The notes below the pieces were generated by a model. The model saw only the letters and a list, made by a program, of their open reading frames with translations. It ran no database searches and was not told where the DNA came from. Both the position numbers and the translations under genes were made by a program. From contig MU058824.1 of NCBI GenBank assembly GCA_013265495.1, positions 1,701,111-1,765,110 on the forward strand: DNA of 64,000 bases. The letters run 5' to 3'. Shown here in pieces: positions 40,523-54,525 of the stretch. This stretch comes from Vicugna vicugna. Lineage: Eukaryota. Numbering within the stretch: the first letter of the stretch is position 1; each line of letters starts with the position of its first letter.

Positions 40523-41248
40523 AGGTGCAGTCATCTTAAAGCTATTATTTATTATGGGAAAGCTGATACTATTCATTTATTATTTATTTTCAAAAGCATT
40601 TGTAAAGATATCATAAGTCATTTGCTTACTAATTTTAGAGGGAAATTATGGTATTTGCAAGCTTACTCTAACCAAATAGTGTTTAGCCCAGCAACAGTTT
40701 GGTTGTCTTTTCATGTAGAAACCTAAGAATGTACATTAAAAAAAAATGTTGAGAATATAGTGAGCTAACATTTTAAAGTAAATAATATAGTTAAGCATTA
40801 GTGATTTCCCTACTATTGAGGAAAATCCGTAAAGATACACCCAGATCCTGTTTGGAGAACAGTCTGAAGAGGTCCGTAGTGCATCCCATGCCTTTCTCTC
40901 TGTGTGCGGCCAGAGTACCCTCTCAGTGTGTGTCAAGGTATGTTAGCCCGTGAGCTTGCTAAGCAGGAGGGAAGTGTTCTCCAATCAGGGGAGGACAGCT
41001 GACATAAATTTCAGTTGACAAGTCCCACAGCTTTGAACACTAATGGATGCCTCATAGAGAGGTTATTCACACACACTTGGATGTGACCCTCTGTGCCTGC
41101 CTGACTGATGATGGCCAGCCCAGCATGAGGAGGTGAAAGAAGCTGGAAAGATCCATTTTCTAATGGAATTGCAACACTCTCCCACCCTCTTTCTTCTTTC
41201 TCAGTGGAATTCAAGCTTAGGATTCTAGCTTAAGCCAGTATTTGATAA

Positions 41249-41670
41249 TGTTAACCTAAAGTAATAAAGTAGCCAGTTATTTTACCAGCAAAATGGGTTT
41301 GTTCAGGAGCAGCAAAGAATTGAAGTTCAGGACATGCAGCAGTGGCAAACCATATGCAAGTCCAGTTAAGCAAAAGAGAGGAAACTTTTTTATAGAAGAA
41401 AAGGGGAAGTTGGGAGGGGCTGTTATAAATAGAGATCCATTGGAGGAAATTGAGAATTTGAAGTATAGAGGCTTTTCATTGGCTGAGCTGTTGCCAGGCT
41501 AGGAGAAATCTTTCTTCCTTCTGCTAGTGGTAGTAAAGTAGGGTCACTTCCTACCCAAGATGCAGAGTATATCTCTTCTTGGGATCTATATTGAGTGAGT
41601 GATTTATGCATGAGAGCTCCCCCTTCTGGCCTCCTGACAACATTTTAATGAAAATTTATTAATCTTCACA
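41249..41670 (-). mobile_element. Probable ERV solo LTR, family uncertain
   Basis: ~420 bp with TG...CA ends (tgttaacc ... ttaatcttcaca), an internal ATTGG (CCAAT on the - strand) and a TTTTATAG (TATA-like on the - strand). Confidence 0.5.
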
Positions 41671-41861
41671 GCAAGTGGAGACCTAGGGTCTAGACAGAGC
41701 AGTGTAAATTGTGGAAGGGGCAGTGGAAGTGGGGATAAGGTGGGGAAAATACTAGAGGGGGTTGCCTACCTTTGTCTTCATACGAGGCAATAGTATCAAA
41801 TGCTTAGGAACATGGACTCTGGAGACACTCTTCCCTGGTTCACATCTGTAAAATGGGATAA

Positions 41862-42302
41862 TGCCTTAGGTTGGGCTCCCTGTTAACAGACTCAGGGACA
41901 GAGAGTTGCATGCAGAAGGTTTGTAAGAGAATAAGCTTAGGAAATACACTGTAAGGAAGTGAGGCTGGCAGATTGGGCAGAGCAAGAAGTTGATCCGAAG
42001 TTTGCAATTGAGGCCGCAGCTGACCTTAGAGGAGTTCTAGAGCTGGGATGGCCCTCAGAGTTGTTCAAAGTGAGGCATGGGCCTGGGCCTTTAGATCTTC
42101 TCATCAGCCAGTCACTGGTCATGGCTGGGCCCTGGGACGGGGTGTATCCTTGGGCAAGACTATTCCCCATGGTGGAGGCACGGTAAGGCTCCAAGCAAGG
42201 AGCCTTGCTGAGAACCTCAGTATCCAGTACTCCCAGGAGTTGGAGGATGTTGCCTCAGCCATAAAGAGGGGATATGAGCAGAGCCCTCCAGTATCCCCTA
42301 CA
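41862..42302 (-). mobile_element. ERVL solo LTR (LTR33/LTR16-like), nested in a MIR; a similar copy lies at ~62858-63250
   Basis: tgccttaggttgggctccctg...acagactcagggacagagagttgcatgcagaaggttt. The MIR (tctgtaaaatgggataa ... gataacagtag...ttgtgaggattaaa) is split around it. Confidence 0.7.
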
Positions 42303-43052
42303 GATAACAGTAGCCCTTCTTCAAAGGGTTGTGAGGATTAAAGAGATTTATACATGCAGAGTGCTTGGGACATAGTAGGTGCTAAGTTACTGAGAGGATG
42401 ATGAAGAAAGATGCATTTGGATACCAGCTGCACACAGTCCTCTAGATCCTCAAACACTTACAGTTAATTTTCCAGGAGATACTGGGGTAGATGGGACCCC
42501 ATATCACTGCTTCAGTTGCATCCTTTCTGTTCTTGCCATCTTTGGTAATTCACATTCTCACGTTCATAGGCACAGCAGCAAACACACTCACACGCACTCA
42601 CGTATACTTACACACACTCCTAAATGTGTGATTTATGGGCATACTTGTTCATTCGCACATACAGCGATTTATCAATCTATTCCATTGGTTTTCAAATTTG
42701 TTTTTCAAAAGAGCTGTTACATATAAGCCCAATATCATTGTCCCTCATTTAACATTTGCACTCGCATCAACATTAAAATTACATTTAACTTTACCTTTTT
42801 TCCCCCCAAATTTGTTCCTTGGAAGACTTCGTTAACCCTCCCTTTTTATTTAAAAATCAGCAAGTACATTTCTGCAGGAACAAAGATGAAGCAAAGGCTT
42901 AAGGGGGAACCTGACCCAAACCCTCAGTTCAGCTCACCCAGGTCAGGCCCCTGAGAGAGGCCCACGGAGAGCAGCGGTGGTGGCAGGTCCCTGACAGTGC
43001 CTCAGAGATGGGAGAAGAGATGATCTAGGGTGGTACCCAAACCTGCGCTCTC

Positions 43053-43705
43053 TTTTTTCTTAATTAAAGTATAGTTGATTTACAATATTATGTTAGTTTC
43101 AGATGTACAACATAGTGATTTATCATTTGTATAGATTATACTCCATTTAACGTTATTATAAAATATTGACTACATTCTCTGTGTTGTGTAATATATCCTT
43201 GTTGCTTACTTATTTTATACATAGTAGTTTGTACCTCTTAATCCTCTACCCCTATCTTACCCCATCCTCCGCCCCTCTCCCCACCGGTAACCACTTAGTT
43301 TGTTCTCTATATCTGTGAGTCTGTTTCTGTTTTGTTATATTCATTCATTTGTTTTATTGTTTAGATTCCACATACAGGTGATAACATACAGTATTTATCT
43401 TTCTCTGTTTGACTTATTTCACTAAGTGTAATACCCTCTAGGTCCCTCCATGTTACTGCAAATGGCAGAACTTTAATATGGCTGAATAGTAATATTCCAT
43501 TGTGTATGTGTGTACATCATCTTTATCTATTCATCTATTGATGGACACTTGGGTTGCTTCCATATCTTGGCTATGGTAAATAATGCTGCTAGGAACATTG
43601 GGGTGCATGTATCTTTTCAGATTAGTGTTTTCATTTTTTTCAGATATATACCCAGGAGTGAAATTGCTAGATCATATGGTAGTTCTATTTTTAGTTTTTC
43701 GAGGA
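43053..43705 (-). mobile_element. Relatively young 5'-truncated LINE-1 3' end (artiodactyl-type 3' UTR)
   Basis: aagtatagttgatttacaatattatgttagtttcag...gattatactccattta...ttagattccacata...tatatacccaggagtgaaattgctagatcatatggtagttctatttttag. Confidence 0.85.
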
Positions 43706-44549
43706 CCTACACACATTATTTTAATAGCTGTGTTTGATTTTAATGTGTACTATAAAAGTATAACTAGCATTTAAGGTAGCAAGATAAGTTTTCTTTTTTA
43801 GTTTTCTTTTTAAGAAGCAGATATTTAATAAAGAAAAGCACAGATGGCTACAAAAATTGTGAAGGTGACACATGTATGAAGGAGGTTTCAGAAACAGAGT
43901 CCTCCTTGTTGCTTTATCTTCACTTTTATTGAAAGGCACTGTGGTCATCCTCTTAAAAGGTTAAGAAATGAATCATAAAAGAGTGGGAAAGAGAATGAGG
44001 AAGAGTGAGAGACTGACCAACAGCAGAACTTTGTTTTCCTTGGCCAGCTTGTGTAGTTACCAAAGTAGCAAACAGTACTGTACTTTTACACCTAAGTTTC
44101 TGGTGGTAGGGTTAATAGCCTTCTTGTTTAATGCCCTTTCACCACATTTGTGTGTTTTTAGTAGTATAATATGATTGGCCAGGGGGTGGGTGTCCGTGAA
44201 ACAGACAAGAAAAGAACTGTGAAGCTGCTTGTGGTGGCCCTCAATCCCAAGCAGCATTATGTGGAGATCCTTGCATTAGTCTCCATTCTGCAGTCATTTT
44301 GATTCCCAAGTAGGTGGCCAGCTTTACAACAGAGGTTTCTACTACCCATTCCTTGAGGACAGGATCTGTCTGAGATTCACCCTCTGTTCTCAGGTCCCAG
44401 GTCACATTCTGACCTGTATTTGAGTCCCAACTGATGGTAAAGGAACAAATACATCAGATATATTTTTATGACCACCCCTGTCTCCAACCTCTTCAACATC
44501 TCTTCAGGGCTTTATGCATGGTAGATACACAGGAAAGCCTGGGTAGCTG

Positions 44550-44850
44550 GTTGGATGGGTGAGAGGACGAGTGGAGAGGTAGGCAGATGAGTAGACAGTT
44601 GGATGGTCGAGTGGATGAATGGATAGATGGATATGGGGGTAGGTGAATGGATGATGGAGAAAGAGAGAGATGAGTAGATGGATTAATGGGTGAGTATGTA
44701 GAAATGGATGGGTAGATGTGTGGGTAAGTGGATAGATGGATTGATAAGATAGGTAGGCAGATGGGCAGGTGGGTGGATAGACAAAGATGAATGAGTGGTT
44801 AAGTTGGTGGGTGGGTAGGTGGGTGAGAAGGAGTGAGTGAGTGAACAGCA
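44550..44850. repeat. Degenerate (TGGA/TGGG/TAGA)n purine-rich simple repeat
   Basis: Directly visible 4-bp periodicity (ggatgaatggatagatggat...). Confidence 0.85.
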
Positions 44851-47800
44851 GGCTTAGAAGAGGTAATTGCAATTCATATGTGTCTGCTTCATTCTAATCA
44901 AAGCACATTTTTTTCTGGGAGAATCTTCAGAGTTGATGGCCCTGATGTCTTGACTTTTTTTCTGTAAGAGTCCCGACCCCTAGAAAGTGTTCGCCATGTT
45001 CTAATGTGAGGCCCCATCTTGTCATATGACTCACAGAAATACATGTTTCATCTCATGCCTTTATTTTTCACTCACACTTCACCCTTTCAGGGATTGGGCC
45101 TCATTAAAATCTGTCCTCTACCTGGTTACTCTTTGAGGAAGTTCCTTGTTAGGGTATTTCTGCTGTGAAATGTATCACACCAAACCCATGTGAGTGCCGG
45201 CCTGAATGCTAAAGACTGTTATTAGCAGATTTAGCCTAGAGATGTTTCAGAGTTGTCAGTTCTGATGTTCATAGGATTATATTTTCAAACATCATCACAC
45301 ATCTTCTATGACAGACTTGATTACTGTGATGAACTAGTTTTCTTCCTTTGAGAGATGTTTCAGTTGCAAAAATGATTCTGAAAGCATTTGAGAAAAATGC
45401 CAGGCAAAACTGAGGTGACACTGTTTCATTTGGGTGCTTGTTTAGCTTGCTGGGAGAGGAAGCTTCGGGTGGCGGAAGGAGCACTGGACATGGAGTCCAC
45501 AGACCTAGGTTTGCATGCTGTCCCCTCCTTCCTAGCAGTGGTGACCTGGGGGAGGTCTCTAATCTTTGCATTCTCTTCTGCAAAGTGAGACCAACGACCA
45601 GTGGCCCCCTCGTTGGGTTTCTCTAGAGATGAAATAAAGAAGGTACGTTACAAACTGTAAAGTGCTCTTACAGTGGAGGATGCCTCAGTCATATAGAGGG
45701 AAGAAAGCCATACCTCATATATATCACATTCCTTTCTTTTCGGGGGACTTAAACAACAGGAGAAATCAGCTATTTCATTAAAAAGTATTAACTATACGTC
45801 TAAGAACCAATAAAACACCTTTTTGGGGCCATGGAATTTTTATTATGAGTGATGTTGACCATAAGGTAAAAAACCTGCCACAGTTGCAGAGAAATGGTTG
45901 TTGTCCTCTTCCATTTCTTCTGCAGCTATTTACTAGCACCTACAGTATGAGAGGCATGGGGAGGGGCGTGCTATGGTTATGGCATTGAGCAGGACAAAAG
46001 CGGTCCTTATACCCAGGAGGAAACAGATAATCACCTGAATAACTTAATATAAATTGTGGAAAGTTATGGAGTGTGTGGAGAGTGTATGATGTGGAGACCT
46101 GACTTAGGCTGGGGATCAGAAAAGACTTGTCTAGGGAGGTGACTGTGAGTTGAGACTGGAGAATGAATAGGACTGTGAGCTGAGAGTGGGATGAGCGTGG
46201 GGGAGAAGGATTGGAGGAAGCTCATTCTGCACCTGTTATCCAGTGCCTTGGGACCCCACGGAAAGATGTCTAGCCAGGGAGCACACTGACTCCTGTTCTT
46301 CAGAAGCTTCCCCTGGCTGCCGTGGGAGAGCACAGATTAGAAGCAAGCGAGAGCGACTGCAGGGATGAGGTACCAACTGTGGCAGTGAGTGGGCAGAGGG
46401 GCAGGTGGATTCAAGGCACATGGCAGGAGAAAAACCACAGGGCTTGGTTATTGACCAGTTATGGTAGAAAAGGGGATGATCAAGGATGTACTTCTAATGC
46501 AATTGCTTCCTATTTTCAACTGAATGGTCCTCAAATTACATACACTGTGAATATTACTACAGTAAATTAGAGGGATGTATCTGTAGACTCTATGGTATTC
46601 TGTACAGTTTAACATCTGGGTATTCTGGAAATTTGCATGGTAGCCCAGGGAAAAATGGTTGGTGCAGTCACCCTTCCTAGTCCTGGAGAATTACACTCCA
46701 TCCATGGGAGGCAAGGATCAGGTCCAAAAAGATGTTTGGCAAACACTCATTTAAAACAGAGCATACGAGTGTGCAGGACAGATCTGATCTTAGCCTTTAG
46801 ATGTACATGTCCATGGGGAGGCAGATATGATGTAAAATCCACTCCAGCCTGTCTACAAAGGAGGTTATACCAACGTTAAGGAAACCTCCTTGTATGGTGC
46901 CCCTACCTGCAGAATAGCATGACTGCAAGTCCCACCCCACCTTCCAAAATGCCTCCAGTAGTCTCTGTGTCCCTGGATCTCAGTGTCCTCATACATGGTC
47001 CTCATTTGGCCCAGTGCCATGGCCTCTTGGTGACATCCAGTGCCCATAAGCCAGCACTTTATCACCAGATCTTCATCCCCCAGTGCCCCCCAAAATGGGG
47101 CCCCTGCAGGGTTGTTCCAGCCTTAGTTGTTACTGGGGAAGAAGGCCACTCTGCCCCTTGCTTGTCGCACTTGCTCAGCTGGGCACAGTGCTGTGTTGGA
47201 ACTGACTTGTATCTGTTCATTAGAGCCGACTATCCACGTCTCTTCCCCCCTCCCTGTTCAGCAATGTCACCACCTTAGTAGTTTGAAATTGGCCATGATG
47301 GGAGTATTCATGCCACAGTAATCAGCAAGCACTACAAATCAGGACTTCCTCCTGATTTGTCCCCCTCAGAGAGCTCTTGTTGAACATTTCCCAGCACACC
47401 ACTGACTGGGCCCAGAGCTCAGCTGTGCCCCGAGTCCCACAGGTTCCCTGTGGACACAGTCCCTTTAGCTTCCACTCAGCCCCTCTCTCCACAGGGGTCA
47501 GACCCAGTGCCTGGGCACATGGACCTGCCAGCCCCCACCCCAAAACAGACACAAAGGCACCAGCACACTAAACATCTCATTGTCTGGGGACTGTGGCCCC
47601 AACAGTCATCAGGCGGGGGTGGACTGTGAGTCCTGGTTTAGGTCAGCCAGGCCCCTGGCATTACAAAGCTGTGTGTTGGACAGGACGGGGTCCATCCATG
47701 GGGACATCAAGAAGGAACATTTCAGGGCACTAGGGGGTGACAGCAGGGAGACTCACTTCTTGCTGGAGATAGGACCATCAGAAGGAGGAATGATTATTCT

Positions 47801-47934
47801 TTTAGTGACTGACTCACTCACGTCAGGCCCTGGGTTCTTCATAAGAATACGGGAGGGAGTAAGACACATTCTACACCTGCACTTCTCAGTGTGGTCCCCC
47901 ATAGCCCCATTCAAGAGCACTGAAAGTGGGGCTG

Positions 47935-48165
47935 GTCCATATGTGTAAAATACACACTGGATTTCAGAGACTTAGTACCAAAAAGTGTCAAATATCTCAT
48001 TAATAATTTTATATTGAGTACAACTGAAATGATGCTGTCCTGAATATATCAGGTTAAATAAAACTGGTCATTAATATTAATTTCACCTGATTCTTTCAAC
48101 TTTCTGATATGGTTATTGGATTATTTAAAAGACATATTTGGCTCACATTCTATTGGTCACTGTGG
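47935..48165. mobile_element. MER33 (hAT-Charlie) fragment
   Basis: tgtaaaatacacactggatttcagagacttagtac...aaatatctcattaataatttt...attaatttcacctg. Confidence 0.8.
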
Positions 48166-50844
48166 TTTAAACTTTGAAGGAGCCCCTGGGCCAGTGGCAT
48201 AGAGTTCCAGTCTAGACAGCTGGGCTGACCTCAAAGGGCAGGTGGAGTCTGGAAAATCAGAGATAACGGGAGCAGACAGGAGAATGTTGTCTAGAAATAA
48301 GCACTCAGACTTTCCCATGCCCTGTGTGAGGAGTATTATATCCCCTTAGATCTAAAAAGCTGTATTTCTAGAAAGCTTTCCCCAGGAAGCTGTCGTGGCA
48401 TGGGCAGACAGGGCCAATTAGCGTGTTCAGGGCAACATGTTTTGTCATGATGGGGGCAGGGGAAAAACTAGAAGCAACCTAAATGCCCAGGGCTTGGACT
48501 TCACTAAATAAATTTGGATGCATTTTCACAGTGGAATTATTGGCAGCCACTAAAAATAGTCGTTATGGAATAGTCTCTAATGGCATAGAAGATGGTTTAT
48601 AATACATTACTTGGTGAGGAAAATGACAGGTTACAAAAGTTTGTGTGGTAAATCCCCACTTTTGATTTAAAAAACTGTAAATACATAAAGACTAGAAGAA
48701 TGTTCTACAAAATGTTAACAGTGGTTGTCTCTGGATGGAATTCTTTCTCTTTGTTTATTCTTTTCAAATTTTCTTCAGTGACTATGCATTACTTTAGGTC
48801 TCAGTTAAAAAAAAAGAAAGAAGACTTTAAAAACAAAAGGAAAGACTTAAAAAAAAAAAGGAAAACTTCAAAATTACTAACTTCAGAAGACCTGGGTTTT
48901 CATCCAGTCTTGACCTTACTAGCCAAGGAACTTTCACTATTAAGCCCTCAGCCTCAGTTTTCCCATCTGTACAATAGGCTCTATTAATACCTGCTTCATG
49001 GGGCTGTCATGAAGGTTAAATGACACATCTCTGTTTGGTGTTCCTGGCGCATGTGGTCCCTCAGTCATTATTAATGTTCTTCCCCTTTCTGCCCCATTCT
49101 GTCTTAGGTGGACCCTGGTTCTCATTTCAAAAAGAAAGGGGCAGGGAGGGGAGAAGAGGCGGAAGTGGATATCGGAGAGACCTTCAGCGTGTCCTGCCCT
49201 CATGCGGCCATCAGTTTTCTGGGCCTAGAGGAACTGACTCCACCATTTTTCTCCTCAATGCCAAACTCTGCTGAGTTGGAGTCCCACTGGTTGGAGTCCC
49301 ATTAATTAAGGGCATGTTATGCACTTTAATCTTGAATATATAGAATAAAAACTACATAAGATGTTATCTAACATAGGGTGTAGACCAGCTTGAAAAAGAC
49401 TTGAGGTTTGGAGGACTGAGGGTGTATACACTTAATTACTGTTGTGTTTGATCAGCTCTGATAGATGCTTAGTGTAAGTGGATGAAGAGTTCAGAATTTT
49501 GTATATGTATATATATGTATCATATGTGTGCAGATACACATACATATATATTTTTACAGGCCCACAGTATATGGTAAAACAGTGACCTAGATTCTCTCTC
49601 CAGCACACAGGATCCTTAGTGAGCCATATGTACTGGTAGCTAATCCACATAACCACTGTCAATTCCCCGTCAGTAATTTGGCAGGGTCCCTGCAGTGTGT
49701 GCAGGCTCTGCAGTGCTTTCTGAAATGTACAAAAAAATTTCCTGTTCGTCCTCAAATCTAGTAATTCTATCAACTAGCTTATGAAGAGCTGCCTCCGTAA
49801 TCCATGTTTAATGGCCTTAGCCCCTAGACAGCTGTCTTGGGAATTAAAGTCTCTTGTGAACAGAGTATCCTGAGGTTCTAAACTCCAGTGTAATGAAAAC
49901 ATGTCCTATTTTCTCCACTCACCCCCACAACAATGGGATTTGGAGCAGATGTCCAGCTTGGCATCTACAACTTGGGCTCATGCTTTGCACCCCAAATTTT
50001 ATGAGTAGCAGCATCCATAACAGGGAGTGAGATGTTATCAGACGCCTCCTCCGTCGGACAGTCAGTGGACCTCAGCTAGGGGTGCGTTCTGTGTCTCAGT
50101 TCATCTGTGGGATTTGGAGGGGCTGTTGCCTGGCGTGTTCAGAGAAGGGGCTCTCGGATCTCTCAGGCCCCTGTGACTCTGAAGTAGTGAAGGAGAAAAG
50201 GGTCTCAAGACAGTGAGACGTGTGAATTGTGCCCAAGTTCACCAAGTGGCAAGTGTGACCTGGGCCGGGTTCACAAGGTGGGAAGTGCAGGGTCCAGGTT
50301 TTAGGCCTGATGTCAGCCACCTCTAATGCCCAGGTTCTTTTCACACCCCTGCCCACCTCACTCAGTGGAATCCTTTGGAACCTAAGCTTGCCCTGTTATA
50401 CCAGCTGTGTTTCTACAGAGAAATATATGCAGGTATCATCTTGTCTCCCACCTCCACTTGTCAAGCCTGCTAACTGTGAAACCCCAAGTGCCCCGTCTCT
50501 TCTCTCCCCTCTCTGCCGCTCATTTATTGTGGCTGTCACTTTTACACTCAACAGATTATTCTTCCTAAATAATCCTTTACCATGTTATTCCTTATTAAAA
50601 GCCTTCCACGGCTCCCCACATGTTATTCCTTATTAAAAGCCTTCCACGGCTCCCCACTGCCTGCAGGATATAGCCTGGCATTTTAGGAGCTCCAACCCAC
50701 CCCTCAGGCTATAACCTGAGTTTCCAGCTATTTCTCCTCACGCTGCTGTTCACACAGAAGGGATACCAGCTACTGTCCCACACATCATAATTTCCAAGCT
50801 TCATAACTGTGCCCATTGAGGGTTTTTTCCCTTCCATCTTTTCA

Positions 50845-51270
50845 ATCATTTACTCCCTTAATGAATAATTTTTGAGAACTTACTATAGCCAAGTACTGTA
50901 TTAGGAGCTGGGAATACAGCAATGAACCAAACAAAACAGAAATCCTTCAGAGAGTTTACAGTCTAGTGCAAGGAGGCAGTCAATAATCCACATATTACAT
51001 AGGTAATTTATCCAGTATGTTAGAAGGCAGTGGTTGCTATTCAAAAAGAAAAATGTGCAAGAGGAAGCAGAATTGAAAATGCCACCATTGGACGGGGAGT
51101 GGGCATTTAAACAGGACAGCCAGAGGAGGACTGATTGGGAAGGTAACACATGAGAAAAGACTTGAAGGAGAGAGCAAGCCCTGAGATGACTGGGGAAAGA
51201 GGGATCCGGGTGGATGAGCAGCCAGTGGGAAAGCCTAGGGTGAGAGTGTCTGGAGCACTTGAGTCGGGGG
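50845..51270 (-). mobile_element. LINE-2 3' fragment
   Basis: ggagctgggaatacagcaatgaaccaaacaaaacagaaatcc...gagtttacagtctagt. Confidence 0.75.
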
Positions 51271-53639
51271 AGCTTCTACTTCTGGCCAAGGCGGAGAAGT
51301 AATATCCAGGAACTTGATGTACCCTCCTGCCTTAAGTGACCAAAAAAAAAAACTGGCCGAATTATGTGACGCAACACATAATGACATTCTGACATTGAGC
51401 TATAGACCACAGAGGAGAGTGACCCCTGAGAGAAGGGACACCAAGGATGTGAGCTTATGATTGCCCACCCTACTGCCTGGAGAGTTTCCAGGCCGTGCAC
51501 AGGAAGGGGTGGCCAAAAAGAGCCTAGCAGTCTTGCCAAGTTGAGGAGAGGAGACAGAGTTGAAAATTTGAATTTAGAGAGCCAAAAGAGGCTGCAATTT
51601 GCAGGCAGAGTGGCAGAGAGGAGAGAGCCGCACAGAGGTGGGAGAGTGGTGGAGATCTACACAATTTGTTTGCTCATTTGGTTAAAATTAATAATTGAGT
51701 GCCACCTACTTCTAAAGAGCGTTCGAAGCAGCTTTCAATAAGCTTTCAATCAAGGCCACTGAAATAGAAGTCAGAAATCTAAAACCATACAACGTGAGGA
51801 CAGAATATACACCAAAGACCTAGGCTAGTGTAGTGAACTTAATTATGAATTTAAATGAACTGGTTTTCCAAGTGATAAAGAGAACTGAACCTCATTTTCT
51901 TCATCTATAAAATGGAATTAATGATCTCTGCCCAGCCTACCCCAGAGAGCTGCCACAAGAATCATCAAAGCTGTGGGTGAGAATGTTTCATTCAGGACTC
52001 TTCTGGTGCAAGTAATTGAAAACCGTACATAATCAGAGATAACAATGAGGTCCAAGATGAGGCTTCTCCATCTCTCCATCTCTGGCTCTGCTTTCTTCTG
52101 TGCCAGCTCCATCCTCAGTCTCTGCACAGTTGCTTCTTTGTTCCCATAATCACAGCACCAAATCCAGCAAAAGAAAAAAGAAAGAAAGAAAAACCAAAAA
52201 AAGCCCATTTTCCCAAAAGCATCATCAAAGAGGTGAGTCCTCTTAGCCCCGATTGGCTAACTGGGGTCATGTGCCCATCCCTGAACCAATCACTATAGCT
52301 AGAGGATAGGCTGCACTGATTGGCTTAGTCTAACTCATGTGATCCAGCCCTGTATAGAGTCACCTTCACAGAACTTCAAGGCTGAGAGTGGGGCCAGGAA
52401 TATCCCTCTGTTGTTTTTTTTCTCTCTTTTTCTCTCCTCCCACAGACCTATTTTCTGCCATTTTCTGTGCCCTGAGAGGCAGAGCCCATAGGTGACATCA
52501 CCCAGGATCTCTTGTTCTTGGGCTGGTTGGGTTGGGGCCACTGGAGACCATAGGCTGGAGATTGGAGGCTAGGAGGAGAGAGAGGGGTCTGGTTGCAACC
52601 TGCCCCCTGAACTTTGGTGCTGCATCTCCGGAAATAGCTGTGCCCCTCCCTCCCTGGCTATGTCTTCTGCTCTGTGTGTCCCACTCTTATGAAGCTCCAG
52701 AGACACTCTATCTTCCTTTGCCCCCAAATAACAGTTTCTGCCATTGGTAGTCTATGGGCATATAACCTTCCCTGGTCTGCTCCCTTAGTCTGCCCCTGCT
52801 CTGTGAGAAGTCTTTAATAAAGTCTCTTCTTTTGAACCATCCAGGGTGAATTGTTTCCTCCTGTGACCTTGTATTCATTTTCTATTACTTCATAACAAAT
52901 TATCCCGAAGTGTGATGGCCTAAAGCAACAATAAACTTTTATTAGCTCACATAGTTTCTTGTGAGTCAGGAATTCAAGAGTGACTTAGCTGGAAGGTTCT
53001 GGCTTGGGTCTTTCATGCCAACTGCTTGAAGCCTTCCCAGCCCTTCTTTGAGTAAGTAAGCTGAAGCAGCTGAGATCAGGACTGCAGCCTACCTGGGGTA
53101 AAACTGCTATGATTCTTCCTCCTCCTCTGCTGGGGTGTGAGGGAAAGCAGGAGGCTTCAGAGTTCCACAGACCTGAGCTCAGCTCCCAGCTCTGCCTCCC
53201 ACAGCTGTGACCTAGGGCATGTGACTTACCTATCTGAGCTTCATTTTCCTAAACCAAGAAATGGAAAGGTAATAAAACCTGTGGACCACCTGGTTTGCCC
53301 ATCTTGGATCCATTTAACACCAGAGCAGCCTGTTAGGTACTTGGCCTTGCAGTAGGACCAAAGCCCAGGAATATTTGTCTACCATGTTATCCCTAGAGCC
53401 CAGCGCAGTGCCTGGCCCAAAGGAGAAGGATCTCCAAAATATGATGAATGAATGAGTGTGTAAATGACTGATTGAATAAACAACATACAAATGAAAGGAG
53501 CACAGACCCTCTTGACTCCAGCTGGCTTCCACTGCCCTTAGGAGAAAGTCTGGGTTCTGTTTTATTTTGTTTAACCTCTCTCAGGTGCAAAGAACTGAGT
53601 TCATATTTGTCATCAAGGCTCAGCTCTGTTTCATTCATT

Positions 53640-54525
53640 CATTTTTTTATTCATTCCTTTTTATCTGCATTCCCCACTTTCATCCCCCTTTCTCCACAGG
53701 AGGCATTCTAATGAGTCTAATTGTACCTTTTTCTGTATGTAGTTTTACAAAGTGTATTGTTGTATTTTTAATTTATGTAAATGGTATTGTTATATGTCAT
53801 CCTTTTTTCTTTTTTCATTAAGCTCTCTGTGTATCAAATCTGCTGCTTATGATTCTCCCCAGGTCACCTCCATCTCTCTCACACACAGACACACACACAT
53901 ACACACACACCATAATGTGTGTAATGAGCACCCTTCTAAATGTCCCCTTATAAGAATTTCCTGAGGCTGTATCCCAGGAGTGGAGTTCTGGGTCAGAGGG
54001 TATGTAGACACTTAATTGGACTAAGTAGTGCCAGATGCTGCCCAGAATAGCTGCTCCTATGACATCCCACCAGTGATGCATGAAGTTACTGTGTCTCCAA
54101 GTCCTCACCAACACCTGCATTATCTGATTTCTGATTTTTGCCATTTAATCCATATAAAGTGACATCATTTTAATTTTTCTGATTCCTAATGATATTGAGC
54201 ATCCTTTCATGTGCCTGTTTGCTCTGAGTTCCTCTTTTGTAAATTGCTCCATTTTTCTGATGGATTTGCTCTCTGTAAATTGCTGAATTTCAGGAGTGCC
54301 ATGTCTAATCTGGATATTAGTAGACTAATAATGTAGTCATCTTCCATTCTGTCATCTGTCTGTTGACTTTGTCCGAGAGTCCTTTGTCTGACAGAAATGC
54401 TCTATTTTGATATAATCAAATTGATCAATTTTTTTGCCTTGTGGTTTGTCCATTTGAAGCTTTGTTTGAGGAAGTTTTCCTTGCCCTTAGGTTTCGAAGA
54501 TATTCTCCTGCATTTCCTTCTAATC
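53640..54525 (-). mobile_element. LINE-1 (L1ME-like) antisense fragment
   Basis: cccaggagtggagttctgggtcagagggtatgt...catcccaccagtgatgcatgaagtt...tcctcaccaacac. Confidence 0.75.

Noticed and set aside
44504..44872. His/Pro/Leu-rich 122-aa ORF
   Set aside because: Translation of the (TCCA)n simple repeat.
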